From assembly GCF_964204645.1 (NCBI RefSeq), contig NC_134028.1, forward strand, positions 17,057,653 to 17,121,652: a stretch of DNA of 64,000 nt, given 5' to 3'. Both the position numbers and the translations under genes were made by a program. Position 1 is the stretch's first letter. Each line of letters opens with the position of its first letter. The notes under the pieces were generated by a model. It saw only the letters and a list, made by a program, of their open reading frames with translations, searched no databases and was not told the DNA's origin. This document shows, one piece after another, positions 1 through 13,823 of this stretch. The DNA is from Tubulanus polymorphus. Taxonomy: Eukaryota; Animalia; Nemertea.

Positions 1-16
1 TTGTTTTTTTTTGTAG

Positions 17-1791
17 AGCAACGAAGTAAGAAGTTCAAATTCAATGGAGTTGGAGGGATTCGAACGATGCATGGCATTTTTGAAAGAAAATAAACTGGGA
101 GTTAAAGATATTACCACCGATCGTCACGTTCAAATAAAGAAATATTTACGGCAGAAAATGACAAATGTTACCCACTTCTTTGATGCATGGCATATATCAA
201 AAGGTATTCAATTTGCAGATATGATAATTAGAATTGTCGAGTCGAGAAGATACACAATATCCATGTAAGATGAATAACGAGCAACGTTTTGGCTAATAAG
301 TAACTATTAGCCATCATCAGGCGTACTGATGATGGCTAATAGTATTTAGCCGAAACGTTGCTCGAAATATATACAATTTACAATAGAACTTTTTATTTTT
401 GGCTGAATCTATTGTGGGATTTCTCTCACAAAATTTTAATTAAAAGGTACCAGGTTTTGGATAATTACATGTATGATTTTATTTAGGAGAAGTAAAGCAA
501 CTCGAAAAAGCAGCAAAACAGAAAAAATTCAAGAGTGTTGCAGAGTGGACAAAGTCAATTTCAAATCATCTCTACTGGGTGGCCTCAAGCAGTGAGGGTG
601 ATGCAGAAATGGTGTTAGCGAAATGGAAGTCAATTGTCAACCATGTCGTTGATAAGCATGACGGACATGGCGAGAAATTTAAACAATGCGAACACGGCGA
701 TTTGGAGGAAAGAAATTGGCTCAAGTCAGGTTAGTGTGTCTGACAGTATGAAGATTTCTTATCTAGAAGATGTTTGGAGTTATAAGACTGTATACTCCAA
801 GGAAAATGTTAAAATAATTTTTTCAAAATCTATGTATGATACACAGAATTGGTGTAAGACTGAATATTGAGATAAAAATTAATTGAATATGAAGTTATTT
901 TGGTCGAGTATGTCTGATATCTAAGTAGCTCCATCTGATGGGATAGCTGGTACCCTATGGTTTTGATATGGAAATCATTACAAATCTGAATAAATTTTGA
1001 AATTTCAGGAGTTTTTACCTCCAAATAAGACGACTGAGTGAATACATGCATTCAATTTTCTTTTTCTCATATCATTATTCGTTTTAGGTTCTGCGTGCCA
1101 CAAACTGCTCAAAGACATTGTCTTAAAACGAAATCTCCTGGCAGATATTTGACAAGTAGCCCCAAGTTCGCAAACATCCGCCTTGGAGTCCGACCACAAA
1201 ATTGTGATATACTTTGCCCCAAAATCGATGCATTTCTTCTATGATTCAATGTTGTCAAGGTAAAGAATTATTTAGTTATATATCAAATATTCGTTTGTCA
1301 ATGTTTACCCAAAATTGTTCATTGTGGCATCCATTTTCAGGCTTCAGCTCTCAGCTATGCACTTTAATGAAAACAGTGTTCGCGAACAGGCAGTTGACAA
1401 ATCTGGCAATCCACAATTCAAATTGTCGTATCCAAAGGCTCGTCATGGTGCACCAGTAGCGAAAGAAGTGAAAGTCCCAATAACCTACTGTGAGTTTTAC
1501 TAAATTTCTATTTTTTGAAAAATGCTGCAACATCTCTTTACAGAAACTGTTTCTGATTTTGAATGCACACTTAATTCAATTTCAGATTATTTGTCCGACT
1601 GTATGAATGAGGTGATAAGATTAAGAATGGAACACGAGAATCATCAGGCAGCTTCTAGAGCATGGAAGGAAATAAGTGTGGCAAGTGAGAAGGGAAATGT
1701 TGTGGATAAATTTGATCGGACTGATATCGTGAAAGAAGAAGTCGTTTTAGCTCATGTTAGCCGATTTAATCTACCTGTGAAATCTAAGTAA
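17..1791 (+). pseudogene. Kolobok DDE transposase, 3' exons, with a premature stop
   Basis: GT-AG exons at about 17-202 (SNSMELEGFERC..ITTDRHVQIKKYLR..HFFDAWHISK), 487-729 (EWTKSISNHLYWVASSSEGD..KWKSIVNHV), 1089-1259 (DI*QVAPSSQTSALESDH..FAPK), 1341-1489 (LSAMHFNEN..YPK) and 1586-1791. In-frame TGA near 1150. Motif-for-motif homologous to the transposase at 23426-26736. Confidence 0.8.
278..364. repeat. Palindromic insert carrying a minimal hammerhead-ribozyme-like core (Penelope-type remnant) in a transposase intron
   Basis: cgagcaacgtt..actattagccatcatcag-gcgta-ctgatgatggctaatagt..aacgttgctcg forms a near-perfect hairpin. The right arm reads CTGATGA(326-332)-TGGCTA..TAGCC-GAAAC(352-356)GTT. 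Confidence 0.55.
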
Positions 1792-1912
1792 AACACAAAG
1801 ACATCTTAACAATGCATAGATCGGATTTATTATGTAATTATACAATGTACAAAAATGATATGGCAAATACAACATTTTATATATAAATCCCTTTTACTTG
1901 TCATCCACGAAC

Positions 1913-3083
1913 CTATAACCTCTCTGGTATAGCTGGATACTCAAAGCCGGTATAAAGTTCATTTGGAGAAGGCCACTTAAGTCGTATTGTTGAGACAACA
2001 CAGGAAGGCAGGATACGACGATTTCCACGACCAAGTATGCCCCATGCCCAACGACAGAAACGACGGTACGCAATGTGTCGATATAATCTGGAAATTAGTA
2101 TAAACGTGAGAAAGTTGAATTAGAACAAAAATTAAATGGTCAAAATATTTTGTGACGATTTAACTAGGTGTGTTCTCAAAATTGTTTTACCTTCTGTTTA
2201 GTTTTAATAATGTCATTAATATTTTAATAATAATTTACTAAGCAGTATGTTTTTGATAATCACAGGTATGCATTATTTTTTAATGAATTTTTAAGGAACT
2301 TACTCTTCAACTGGTTCCTCATCACCTACAGGCCAGTTATCTCGGACGAAATCATAAAAACATACTTTTAAGACCTCGGGCTCGAGGCAGTTTGCTCTGA
2401 AACCATGCACTTCAGTAATGCAGAGTACATTGTTGGCAGTGCTTATTTCTTTAAGGCATGGAAACTCTTGGCAGCACACATTCATTCGAGTTTTTTCCAT
2501 AATGCTGCAGACATTTCTGCACAAACACCTAAAAATATATTCATTTTTAAATATTGTATATTATCTAATTATTTCTTACCTGAAAAAAAAAATTTGCTCA
2601 GCGAATAATCACTATATTTCCTCGTTATTTTTGGCGCAAAAGAAAAAAGAGGGTTTTATTCACCTTTATTTTATACAAAAATAGTCTTGCACGCTGAGGA
2701 GAGTAGAAATGTAAACCGGGAAATTTGTTTTGCAAACAAGCGGCAATAATAATGTTTATTGAATTTATTTCGATCAGCTGATTGACGTAAACAATTTTAC
2801 CAAATGCCAGAATCCAACATGGGAATTAATCTACGCAGTCCTAAACGTATTTATTCTTATTTAATTAATAAAAATATCCTACATACCAGTCCGTATTGTC
2901 AGCTCGCTGACGATATTCTTCATCACTGCTTATATCGTCTGAAGATGAAGCCGAGCTGTCGTCGTCGGAGTTAGGCCTAATTTCCCTATTTGCTGCTAGC
3001 GGTTCAAACATGTAAGGAGCTACGTTATTTACGTTCCTTGCATCTATTTCAGTTATATCCAAAATTTCTTCATCCGATGACAT
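1913..3083 (-). CDS. KolX accessory protein (Cys-rich, P2X7 C-terminal/ballast-like domain), 3 exons
   Basis: Exons 3083-2887 (acidic, PYMFEP, ..NTDW), 2528-2304 (CLCRNVC..VCCQE..CIT..GFRANCL) and 2087-1913 (YRHIAYRRFCRWAWGILGRGNRRILPSCVVSTIR..YTGF). Canonical GT-AG introns. Confidence 0.8.
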
Positions 3084-3377
3084 TTTGCGACAATAGCACG
3101 AATGATTAGCGCTTGAATCGACGTATTGTTCTATTGTTATCGCAACATTGGCGAGATCGCTTGTCGGAACCTACGTCACGGCATCGGGCCACCTATCGGA
3201 ATTTTTATGAACTGGCGTTTCGGCAAATACCGTAAAAAGTGAAATTTCAACCACCAATTTGAAACCAATGATCAATTTATTTCTTGCTTAATTGTCTCTA
3301 TAATCAATTCTTTAATATAAAAAAAACTTCCGATGAAGTAAAATCGCGGATATAATTAGAGGTCATAGGACCTTTAA

Positions 3378-4087
3378 AGTTCACATGCAGTTCACATGTA
3401 GTACCGCATGCGCAATGTGCCGATTTCTCGACTTAGAGCCATTACAGCACTGACTAATGCGCATGCGTTAGGTAGAAACGGAGACTTGGGAAACTTTACG
3501 GTTTTTGCCAGTAGCATGGTACGCACTAAATTCAAAATTACTTTATTACCAATATTTTCTAAGCATAGTTTCATTGGTTGCCTCATTAATTAAATTCAGA
3601 CCAAACCAAATCAAATATCATATTTTTAATAACCTAAAAGTACATTATGAACTTTTGAATGGTCTAACCCCAGTATAGTCCCCCGTGATTTGGAAATTCT
3701 CGGAGCTCTCCGTTATTTACTTACTAAATGACGTCACAAACTGTTATTTCGCCGGTGCTTGTTGTCTAACAATTCAATTCAATTCTTTATTTACAGTAAC
3801 CTAATAAGTAATTTTAAGTTTCAAATAGGCTGGAATTCTTTATTTACAGTAACCTAATAGGTAATTTTAAGTTTCAAATAGGGTGGAAAGTACATTCAGA
3901 CAATCTGTTGGTTCAGAGAGACCGATATTACAGTATCAATTTATACATTTCGTTTCGAAGCTGTCAGTTGCCGAATCTGAATGAAGATGAATTTTATTTG
4001 ACGAAATCGGCGGAAAATATATAATAATAATAATAATAATCAACAGAATTTCAAGAGGGTTTTCGACGAAAGTCAGAAAACCCTAAT
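3378..4087 (+). mobile_element. 3' part of a non-autonomous Helentron-like element (family B)
   Basis: About 3790-4087 is homologous to about 16165-16394 and ends in (AAT)n plus the hairpin agggttttc-gacgaaagtc-agaaaaccctaat. It contains a 53-bp tandem duplication (3781-3888). The left boundary is assumed at the Kolobok end. Confidence 0.6.
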
Positions 4088-4409
4088 AAAAAAGAAATTG
4101 AACATAACATATTGAGAATCCGAAATGACTTATCTAAGCAATTTGATTGATCGAGGCGCTGACGAGAACGGACGATTGCTTTGTGATACACATATACAGT
4201 GAGTGCGCGTAACAACAGCTGCGCGTGGATAGATCGATACAGCGAGGTGCTACTGAGAACGGTTATTAACACGCGTGCTATTACTGTAGTACTGTGCTCG
4301 GATAGATAGATGCTGTGAGGCTTGGATGAGAACGGACGATTGCGTGCTTGTTATATACAAGGGGAAGTAATCCCCACTCATCACCACAAGTAATTTTTTT
4401 TCCTTATAA

Positions 4410-5770
4410 ATGGGAGGGAATAAGACAGAACAAATTGATGTTAATGAAAATCAATATTATTGTCCATATTGTAAAAAATACATTGATAAATCTCAAAAAT
4501 CGCGTCATGAAAAATCTGCAAATCATATAAAAAATGTAATAGATTTTCAAACTCCAGAAAATTCCAATGAAAGAAAAGAACGATTAGATGATATGAATGT
4601 GGATGAAATGAAATGTGAAGTTTGTAATGAATTTATAGTAAAAAGGAATTTTAAAAGACATATCAAATCACAAAAACACCATCAAAATTTAAGTAATTAT
4701 GTTTTAGGAACTGATTATTTTGATGATAAACCTCAACAAGTAAAAAAACCAACTTCAAAAACTAAATCCATTTCAAATAAACCTTACATGGAAAATGTTA
4801 GAAATTATATCGATTCACTAGAAATAGTAGATACAATTGGAATTTTTGAAACATTACATAGTAAAATTGGTCCTGCAGCCATTATATTTAGATTTTTTAA
4901 AGGTACAACAATAGAAGATTATAGTAAATTTAATGAAATAATGGAAAAAATACTAGATTTGATAGTAAAAAGTAAAACAATGTTTAAAAATGATTCAAAC
5001 TTTACAACAGAAAAGGATATTAAAGGATCACCTTATATTGAATTACCATTTACAACAAAAGCAGTTATAAATGTTCAAAATGAAGATAATAAATGTTTTC
5101 TATGATCAATTATTAGTTCTTTACACCCAACTCAGGAAAATGTTTGTAGAATAACAGATTACCGGAAATATGAAACATTATATAAAATTGATCAATATCC
5201 AGTAACTATAAAAATGATTCCTAAAATAGAAAAAGTTAATAATTTAAAAATAAATGTATTTGAATTAATGCAATTACCAAAGACAAAAGGTAAAAATATT
5301 AAAGATTATACATTAGAAGCTTTATATTTAACAGAATATTATGATGATGAAAATGCTATAGATTTGTTATATTACAAAAAAGATGAAAATGAACATTATA
5401 TGTGGTTAAAACAAATTGATTTATTCTTTAGAACAGAAAGTGATTATCATCGTAAAATTTATCTATGTAGAAAATGTTTATCTAAATTTATGACTGAGAA
5501 TACATTATTAAAGCATAAAGAATTGTGCGATAATAAGGATTTTTGCAAATTAATAATGCCAACAAAAAAGATTGTAAGTTGAAATTTACTAATCATAAAT
5601 TTAAAAATATTGTTCCATTTGTAATTTATGGGGATTTTGAATCGTTGAATATAGAATTAACTGATCAAGATAGAAAAGAAATATATAACAAAAAGCAATT
5701 TTTAAAATCAATGGATAAAGGAAATGAATTAAATGAAGATATAATTCAAGATCCACCAATGATAAACACA
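4410..5770 (+). pseudogene. Protein-primed DNA polymerase B, N-terminal part (zinc fingers, GSxYIxLP..NEDNKCF region, Exo I)
   Basis: ORFs 4410-5105, 5214-5582 and 5543-5794 join through one stop (5103) and one frameshift: KGSPYIELP..AVINVQNEDNKCFL*SII, INVFEL, HYMWLK, CRKCL..KHKELC, VPFVIYGDFES (Exo I). Confidence 0.85.
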
Positions 5771-7234
5771 AATATAGCTGCCAAGCAGCGATGACGGGTT
5801 TTCTGCAAAGCCATTCAGAAAGATCGGAATTGTAGTAAATTGAAATATCGATACATAGAATAAAATGCATTGACAGATTCGAATCTAATATGCTACCACT
5901 GTGTAAACGTCAAATATGATTCAGCTTTGAAAAATACGTGGACGTACAATCAACAAATATTAATCTATTTGAGCAGGCATTTATTTTGGCATTCAAACAT
6001 CATGATACTGTATTATCACCATGCTTAAAAATGGATCTGTCCTATTAAGAACTCATCTCGCACCTGAGTCGATAGATTGAGTGAATTTACAGATAAGAAC
6101 GTATTATGATTTAGAATAGATTGAAGAAGTTAATGTTTTTATTGAAATATTTGAATAAATACATGTACATATATTGTAGTGTAGATTCAATCAATAAATT
6201 ATGAATTGATCTGGTCTGGGTTTCCGGCTGATGTTGATTTTGGCTTTTATGGATTACAAATTCTATAGTGATAAAAAATTGATACCTGCAACATGTGTGT
6301 AAATCAAACCTATTCCACTAGTTGCGTGTGTTTCCTAATAAACGGGAGAGTCACTCTTGTTCTGAGTTATTAGAAAAATAATGTTCATTTAGTTTTTTAA
6401 AATTCATTGCCTTTTTTAAAATTCTGTAATGATATTTGTTCTTTCCTAATTTTTATTACTGTATGAACCAATGATATGCTTTGTAAATATGATATAATAA
6501 AATAAATTTGAATTTGAATTAAATTTGAACATGAGAATCAGGCATAACTTGTGTTTTTTTTTAACTTGTCTTTTGTTAACAGTTCCAGAGTTTCAATTAC
6601 AATAATATTCAAATCAGCTAAAAAAGTACATAGGACTAAATGAAATGAACCGTTTAGTTACTGCAAACCTATTCCAGTGTTATGTCGATCGTGTTGAATC
6701 ACTTTGCTTGAGTTGAAAGAATCAGATCTTCTATGGTGCAACATCGGTCGAAGAGAGATATCTTGGTGTTGACTGTCCATCTAACTTCATGCGTTTGACA
6801 TTGGAATCAGCATCATACTCATTTGAACTGCAAAATATTCATACAACATGAAAAACCTACAGTACATGTATACAGTAATCAAAATTTCACCGATGTTGGA
6901 TATTTGAATAAACGTTAGGCTTATTTCAGTATTCTAAAGCAGGAAATAATAAACCCAATCAATAGGCCCTATTCCCATTGGAACAATTGTATAATGCATA
7001 CAGCTGTACCGTACACTTATCAGTCAAGAATGGAGAAATCGGTATACCAAACCTACGGACAGCAAAATGTACAGGCCTACAATGATTTCTGGTATACAAG
7101 CCGTGACCATATGAACGTTTTGGATCTAGGTTTGACTATTAATGTCAGCAGGTCAGAGAGGGCCTGGCCAAATTTAATCACATGGCTCAAATCAATTGGC
7201 CTTTCTGCGTTTGAATACTTCACTGTATTGTTTT

Positions 7235-8348
7235 AACTAGGGGTCCAGGGACACCATGCCCACTTGGGAAGTAGTTCCGAATGCTCAACAATCTAACAAT
7301 TTCAATATTCAACGCCCCCTGGTGACCATATTCAAAACCCAATGACCTTGAAACTCACCACAATCATAGAACATGTCACGAACTATAACTTTGTAATTGA
7401 TCATGGTAACAAAATATGCCTAGGTACCAATATAATAAGGAAATACTAAGTTATTCTACTATTCAACGCCCCCTGGTGACCATATAGAATAACTAATGGC
7501 CTTAAAACATGCCACAATCATAGATCATGTCATGAGCTACAACTTTGCAATTGATTGTGGTTACAAAATGTGCATTGATACGAATATAATATAGAAATAC
7601 TAAGATATTGTATTATTCAACGCCCCCTGGTGGCCATATACAAAAACCAATGACCTTCAAACTCACCACAATCATAAACCATGTCATGAGCTACAACTTT
7701 CCAATTGATTGTGGTAAGAAAATATGCTTAAATATCAACAATATAATGTGGAAAAACTTTTCCCACCTACGAATGAGTGCTTATGACACCAAGATGGCCG
7801 CCAATTGCGTCATAATTGGCTGATCAAAAATACCTGTCTCAGGTATAACACATCCCTTTTCAAAGAATACCCATCACAAATTGCAATGAGAAATGGCGAA
7901 CCAGTAGGGAGCTACAGCACTCCGAATTCGGGCCAAAATTGACATTTTTGGGCACTAAAAAGGTCATAGGACGGTCATCTTGAGTCCGATCGACCCAATT
8001 TTTGTTATGCTGATGGGCCCTGGGGGGATTCACATACATCCAAAAGATCAAGGTAATTGATCAAAGCGTCTTCAAAATTTACCTCAAAAAGTTCAAAAAT
8101 GTGTAAAAAGTGTTGATTTTGGCGAACAACAATGGCTGCCAGTCGGCCATCTTGATTCTGACAGGGCCAGTTTTTGGGCTGAAGATGTGTCTAGGGTAGA
8201 TACATGTGTAACCCAAATATCAAGACATTACATTGAAGCGTCTTCAAAACTTCCCAAAATAACTGGATTCCGTCTACAGACGGACGGACGACGGACGATA
8301 AGTGAACGCAATAGCCCGCTGGGACTAAAGTCCCAAGTGGGCTAAAAA
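7235..8348 (+). mobile_element. HINE/DINE-1-like non-autonomous Helentron with internal 154-bp repeats
   Basis: 5' AACTAG; subTIR GCCCACTTGGGA (7258) matches TCCCAAGTGGGC (about 8331). Three 154-bp units start at 7306, 7460 and 7614. (GGAC/GACG)n microsatellite at about 8279-8298, then terminal hairpin agcccgctgggac-taaa-gtcccaagtgggct and an A-run. Confidence 0.8.
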
Positions 8349-8611
8349 TAGGCCTATCGAGTGAATTAGTACATAGACTGAATTAGACTTTAGGCTAGTC
8401 CTGACCAAATCCTATCCATGTAATAATGGCACCAGTTATTAGTAACATCACTGTAGGGCCGACGAGAGGGGAAAAAGTTGTGTTTGTAGCACATAGGCAT
8501 GGTAGGCTTGTCGCACTCACTTAATACTTAAAACGCTGTTGTTACCTGTGACTGTACGGCGATTACTGCAGGTTAGCCATATGTGAGTACCTTGACGCTC
8601 AGATATGCAAT

Positions 8612-8681
8612 ATTGGGATTCGAAACCAAACGAAAAAAAACAAACCAGTAGTAGTCCAGTGATTTACCCACTGTGCCACAG
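8612..8681 (-). other. Degenerate tRNA-derived (SINE-head-like) sequence
   Basis: Minus strand has an A-box-like TGGCACAGTGG and a B-box-like GTTTCGAATCC at tRNA-like spacing; no intact cloverleaf. Confidence 0.4.
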
Positions 8682-11600
8682 AATGTAACTGCAGGTTAGA
8701 TGAAATTTGATTTACAAATAGCCTAGCCTCACCTAACCCAAACTCTGTTCTTTTACGCACGCGTGTTTGCAGATTACAGGAACTCACGTACGGTTAACCT
8801 GTGGAGATCACCATACAGTCGGTAGGCTTTCTGAGCTTCCACACTTCACAACCGAACCAACTGACCAATCAGTATATTTATTCCCAGTATGCACCAACCG
8901 GCACAGGCCTAACACTGTTTGTCGACTGTGTGTACCGTAGTAGGCTATCGATAATCACCTGATACTTTTCTGTCGTTTGTTTTCTCTCTGAGACGAACGT
9001 AATTCTAATAGCCCTCCGCGACTCAACGACCTTGATTTAAACTTGATCAAGTCAAAATCTGTTTATTGACTCTTTTGGTTACATGAACTGATCAGCAATA
9101 TACTTAAATGAAATAACCCGAATAACAACAAATCAAAAATATTAAAGAGGTAACCAACAAATGCCCGTAAACCTGTCAGACTCGCGAACGCCGGACTCGT
9201 AAACTCTTGGACTCGGACCCGCTGAGCAATAAATTCATAAAATTGACTTTGAAATTAATTGTGGAGAAGAGAGGGAATAATTCGATAGCTCTTCCTCATA
9301 AAGAAGAGAGAAATTTCGGACAAGAAAACACAACATGGCTACTAATTGAACGGAGCCAAATTTCCGATGTTTACGGCTCGACAGTGCCTTTATAACGTGG
9401 ATTTATCAAAATTCCCATGCAGTATCTGGAGATTGAAGTGGACTGAAGGATGTCATACGGATTGTATCGGCGACAGCGGTAAGGTAAGGAAGCCTTTACA
9501 CTTTTAACAAAAACTGTGTGGAAAAGGGTAAAAAAAATAATAAATATAGCTGCAAAGCAGCGATAACGGGTTTTCTGAGCAGGCGTGCTATTCATAGTTT
9601 GAAAAGTGGATAATAAAAATATATCAATACGGGATACGCATTTGACGTGTCAAGTCACACCAATGCGGTTTAACATAACATAATTTATAGTTATAGTCAA
9701 ATTGGGGGTTACTCGGGTCGTTTATTGTCTGCGGAGTCGAGTAGATTGGTTACCCGTCTGTAACATTGGTTACGGAAACGACTCGTCAGCTTGATGAGTT
9801 GTATGTATTATGATTGTGCGCCACCTGCATCTTCCGAAATAATGTTCAATTATTTGAAGGGAGGATTGAAATCAATTATCAACGTACATCTGAATATGTA
9901 ATAGTCCTTAGTAACTTTCTGTTGCAGAGGGCATAGAAAAGATTTTGAAATTATTTAATTAAAATATAAATTTTACGAAAAATAAACTATTATGGTCAGT
10001 ACAAATTGAAAATTCATAGTGTATTTTTAAGAACAAGCTTACATAGCTTACAGAATACATCACGTACATTTGAATTTTACAGGTGATGGGTAAAAATTAA
10101 CGTGTGACAGAAAAAAATGTAGTTAATTATTTAACAATATCGAAATATGTGCTCTCATTTTAAACTAATGGAGTGATACGCAATTAATCACATGGCCTGT
10201 ATTAAAAGATAGAACATACAAGTCGAAACATGTGAACAGAAAATAAAACTTTGATGTCAGTGACCAGTATCGAATTACACAACGACAATTGACTTTAAAC
10301 TCAACAAACATTATTAAAGAATGTTTCAAACAAAATGCTTTATATAACGACATGAATAAACTTGTTTTACAAAACAAGAAAGTACATTTTGAACTTTTGA
10401 ATGGTCGAATCCCATTTATTCACAGTAACCTGTGATGTGGCGATCCTCGGAGCCATCATTCTTGATGACGTCACTAACAAGTGGTCACGGCCGTCGCGTG
10501 CACTCATTTCTTTGAAAATCTAGCTTCCTCGCGGAGCGGGACCTGGTGACGCTGCGCCCCACCCCCTTCGCCCTGAGAAATATCTTATTCCCAGTCAGCA
10601 AAGACAGGTTCTAAAGATCATAGAGTGCATCGCTGGAGGGTTTCCGATCCAATTTGAATTGGTGCGGTGGCGCTCTCAATGCGGAAGTTTTTGTGAATTT
10701 TTCAGTCGGTGACGGACGTTTATCGTTGTAAGTGATGTTATATGTAAAAAATGCAGGGAAACCTATCTCAATTTGTTTTTAGCGATGCAGCGGAACTAAT
10801 AAGGAACATTTTGGGTAAAAGTGCAGATCCGCACCTCTCCGCGTAAACGGTTCAATCAATTACATTAAATATCAATGTTTCAGATTCAAAATTCAGCAAT
10901 CCAGTACATTGCCTGTTTAATTCAAGATATCTCCACTAGAAAGATTTTAGGGCGCTATTGCACTTTCGTACCCCCCTCCCAAAATTTTTTATTTCTGTAT
11001 ATTATTAATCAGGGAGGTCTGTAGAGTCAAAATAAATTACTTTTGACAAAAAAAATTAATTTTTTCCTAGCCAAAATTCTGATAATTTGGGGCCGATTTC
11101 CTCGATCCAAACCGATGGGTCGGCCATGTTTCCGCACTAATTACCACCTAAAAACATCTGAATAAATGTATCTCAATAAATTTAATTGAATTGAATTGAT
11201 AAAATTTCGTTTTTGGGCATATAACTTTTCTTCATCAGAACATCTTTAGATCAATAGCTAAGTATGAAAATAATGCAAACATACACGTCATTTTCAGAGA
11301 TGGTTATGTTTGAAAACATGGCTTTTGCAAAGTTTTAATGTCATGACATTTCAGTAGAGGGTTAGAAACTTTGATTGACATCCAATATGGCGTTGTTGAC
11401 GTCGCGAATCGGCGATTTTACACGCGATTTAGGGCCAAAATATCTAAATTTTAGTCAAGTAAAAGTAAGTTTTTTGGGTCAAAAGTTACTGATTTTGAAT
11501 CCCTAGACCTTCCTGATGGCGCTAATGAGAAAGATTATTCTATTATTTAGGCCTATTCAAATTTTCTGTCCACTGCCACGTGGAAATAAAGACCCAGTCA

Positions 11601-11899
11601 AAATTGCGCATCACGCTTTGACGAAGAAATTGGTTCTAGGCTATAAATTTTACGACTCAAACGAATCTTTTCCTCAACAAAGCCGCTTTTAGTTTGATGC
11701 AAAATGAAATTTGCTTTTAAAATGTGTAACTAGGCCTAATCAAAAGGATATTTCAAAAGCAAACTTTGCCGGGCCAAGAGCCATATTGAATTCAATTTTT
11801 TCCGAACCATTATGCCTCTTTCATCATAACATTATTTATCCTATTTCAAGATCTTAGGCCTACAAGTAGAGAGAGGGCCTACGTTGGGTTCAAATCGGA

Positions 11900-12420
11900 A
11901 TTTTAAGATTTATTTCATTTAATTCCAGGTTTTCACTGTAGATTATCAAAGACATGTGGCGTTGTGGGAGTTCATACTTGTTTGATAATCCATCATTTGT
12001 AAGTGTAAGGCTATTTGAGGGATTCGAAACCGACATTTTGTAAATTTTGTAGCTTTATTACGTTTAATTCCAGATGTTTATCATGACACGTTTCATTTTG
12101 GGGGTTTGTCAGCGAGTTTGTATGCTGTCGGCAGAAGTAGTTTGATAATTCGTTTCATTCAAGTAAACAGCTATTTGAAGGATTCGAAACAGAAATCTGT
12201 ATTGTGAATTTTTTAGTTGTATTTTGTTTGATTCTAGGTGAATAGGACATGATTCATTTTGGGAGTTTGTCCGCGAGTTTGTATACTGTCAAATGAAGTT
12301 TCTTCGTCAATTTGTCGTATGTAAGTATCAATCTATAGGTTATATAGGCCCTATTAGGGGTTCGATACAGAAATTTGGTGAATTCCTCAGATTTATTTTA
12401 ATTTATTCCAGGTTGTTATC
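11900..12420. repeat. About three diverged tandem units of 160-180 bp
   Basis: gctatttgagggattcgaaac (12010), gctatttgaaggattcgaaac (12171) and cctattaggggttcgatac (12350); attccagg-like motifs recur at 11922, 12067, 12231 and 12406. Confidence 0.55.
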
Positions 12421-12542
12421 AGAAAAATATGTACTTTATTTCATAGGTTGGTCTTTGATTGAAAACTAAAAATGGATGATAGTTCTAAATTTGATGTTGA
12501 TTCACATGACCAATCTAGTAAGTATGGCTCACTCGTCTTTTA

Positions 12543-13823
12543 GCAAAAGGTAGAAAGTTTCTTTTGTCCAATGTCGTATAGCGCCGCTGCGGTCGAAAAT
12601 CGAACTAATCTGTCAAGTCGATAATTTTCTAAGTGAGAAGACGCCGCGTTCAGTTCGCGGTACACTGTACGTACAGTTTTTCGATACACTGCTGTTCAAC
12701 AAATTTGTTTTGAAGTTGAAGTTCACAGCGCGCTATTCAGTTTTCAGAAGTAGAGGGCTAAAATAACATCATTCGTAAGATCTCAGATTGAATATTTTCA
12801 TCAGATTCAGAGCTCAGTTCATTGTATAAAATGTGTTATTTCATGTATTAGACAGTTACTTCTATTACTCTGACAGGAGTTTTTATGTCATAATTTTTTT
12901 ACCTCATGTGTAACTCAATTATAGCAGAGTTGATAGTTTAATTACCAATTATTAATTTATAAATAAATTAGTATTATTAATCTAATTATTGGATTGATTA
13001 TTATTAAGAGATATGACATTATAAACATATATATAATGCACAGATATGGATGTTATATATAATGCAAAGATAATGTATTTCTACTCGCATAGAAATGAGA
13101 CTAAAGTTTTCCTGTTTGGATATTCTAAAAGCTTATAAGTCCTTTGCCAAGGATATGAATGGTTTGTGATGATATTATGTTAACTAAATTCATTTGTTGG
13201 TTGAACGATTTCAATTAATATCGCAATATTTAGCATTCGTGATATAATTAATATGATAGAGATATGGCCATTTGTCTATTGTTTATGTTAGCAAAAGATT
13301 GCATTTGATATAGAAGGCTTTAAAATGTTTTGATGTATGGTTGAGATTTTCAAAATAAATGTTATGCTTACATGAGATAATTGGAACTAGATGTTTTATT
13401 TCATTTTTATCAAGTATCGATGGATGAGAAGTCTTTCGACGATGTGCAGTTAGCCCATTAGAGTTTGCCTTAAAATACTTTACTCTCAGTCTAAGCTGAA
13501 TTTAATTCATACCGCCGTTACAGTACCATAAAATTCACACAAAATCTTTAGCGTCATTGGAATAGGACGTCCCCTGTTTCACATCCGGCAGGTGTGTTGA
13601 CGGTGGGTAAGTTTAATAAGGTACACCAAATCTATTAAAACGATCGCTATTTTAAAATCAAATCATCCCGAAGAAATTGGGGATTCGAACCTATCGGATA
13701 TATACTGGTACTCGGCGTCTTTCCACTTAACAAAACATCGTCAATAACATTAGTTCTTATTATTGCTAAGTAGCGGCGCTACCGGTACTGTCGATCGGAC
13801 ATTAGAAACTTTCTACCTTTTGC
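12543..13823. mobile_element. Non-autonomous TIR transposon with 9-bp TSD (Mutator/MULE-like)
   Basis: Perfect 20-bp TIR GCAAAAGGTAGAAAGTTTCT (12543-12562 and 13804-13823), extending imperfectly to about 50 bp. TSD CGTCTTTTA at 12534-12542 and 13824-13832. No ORF. Confidence 0.85.

Larger units (their letters stand above)
1..3373 (+). mobile_element. Kolobok DNA transposon 1 (5' part lies outside the window)
   Basis: Spliced DDE transposase (+) converging on a KolX gene (-). The end reads ...ggtcataggaCCT|TTAA (3371-3377), a YY terminus followed by TTAA, like the complete element at 21566-27019. Confidence 0.8.
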
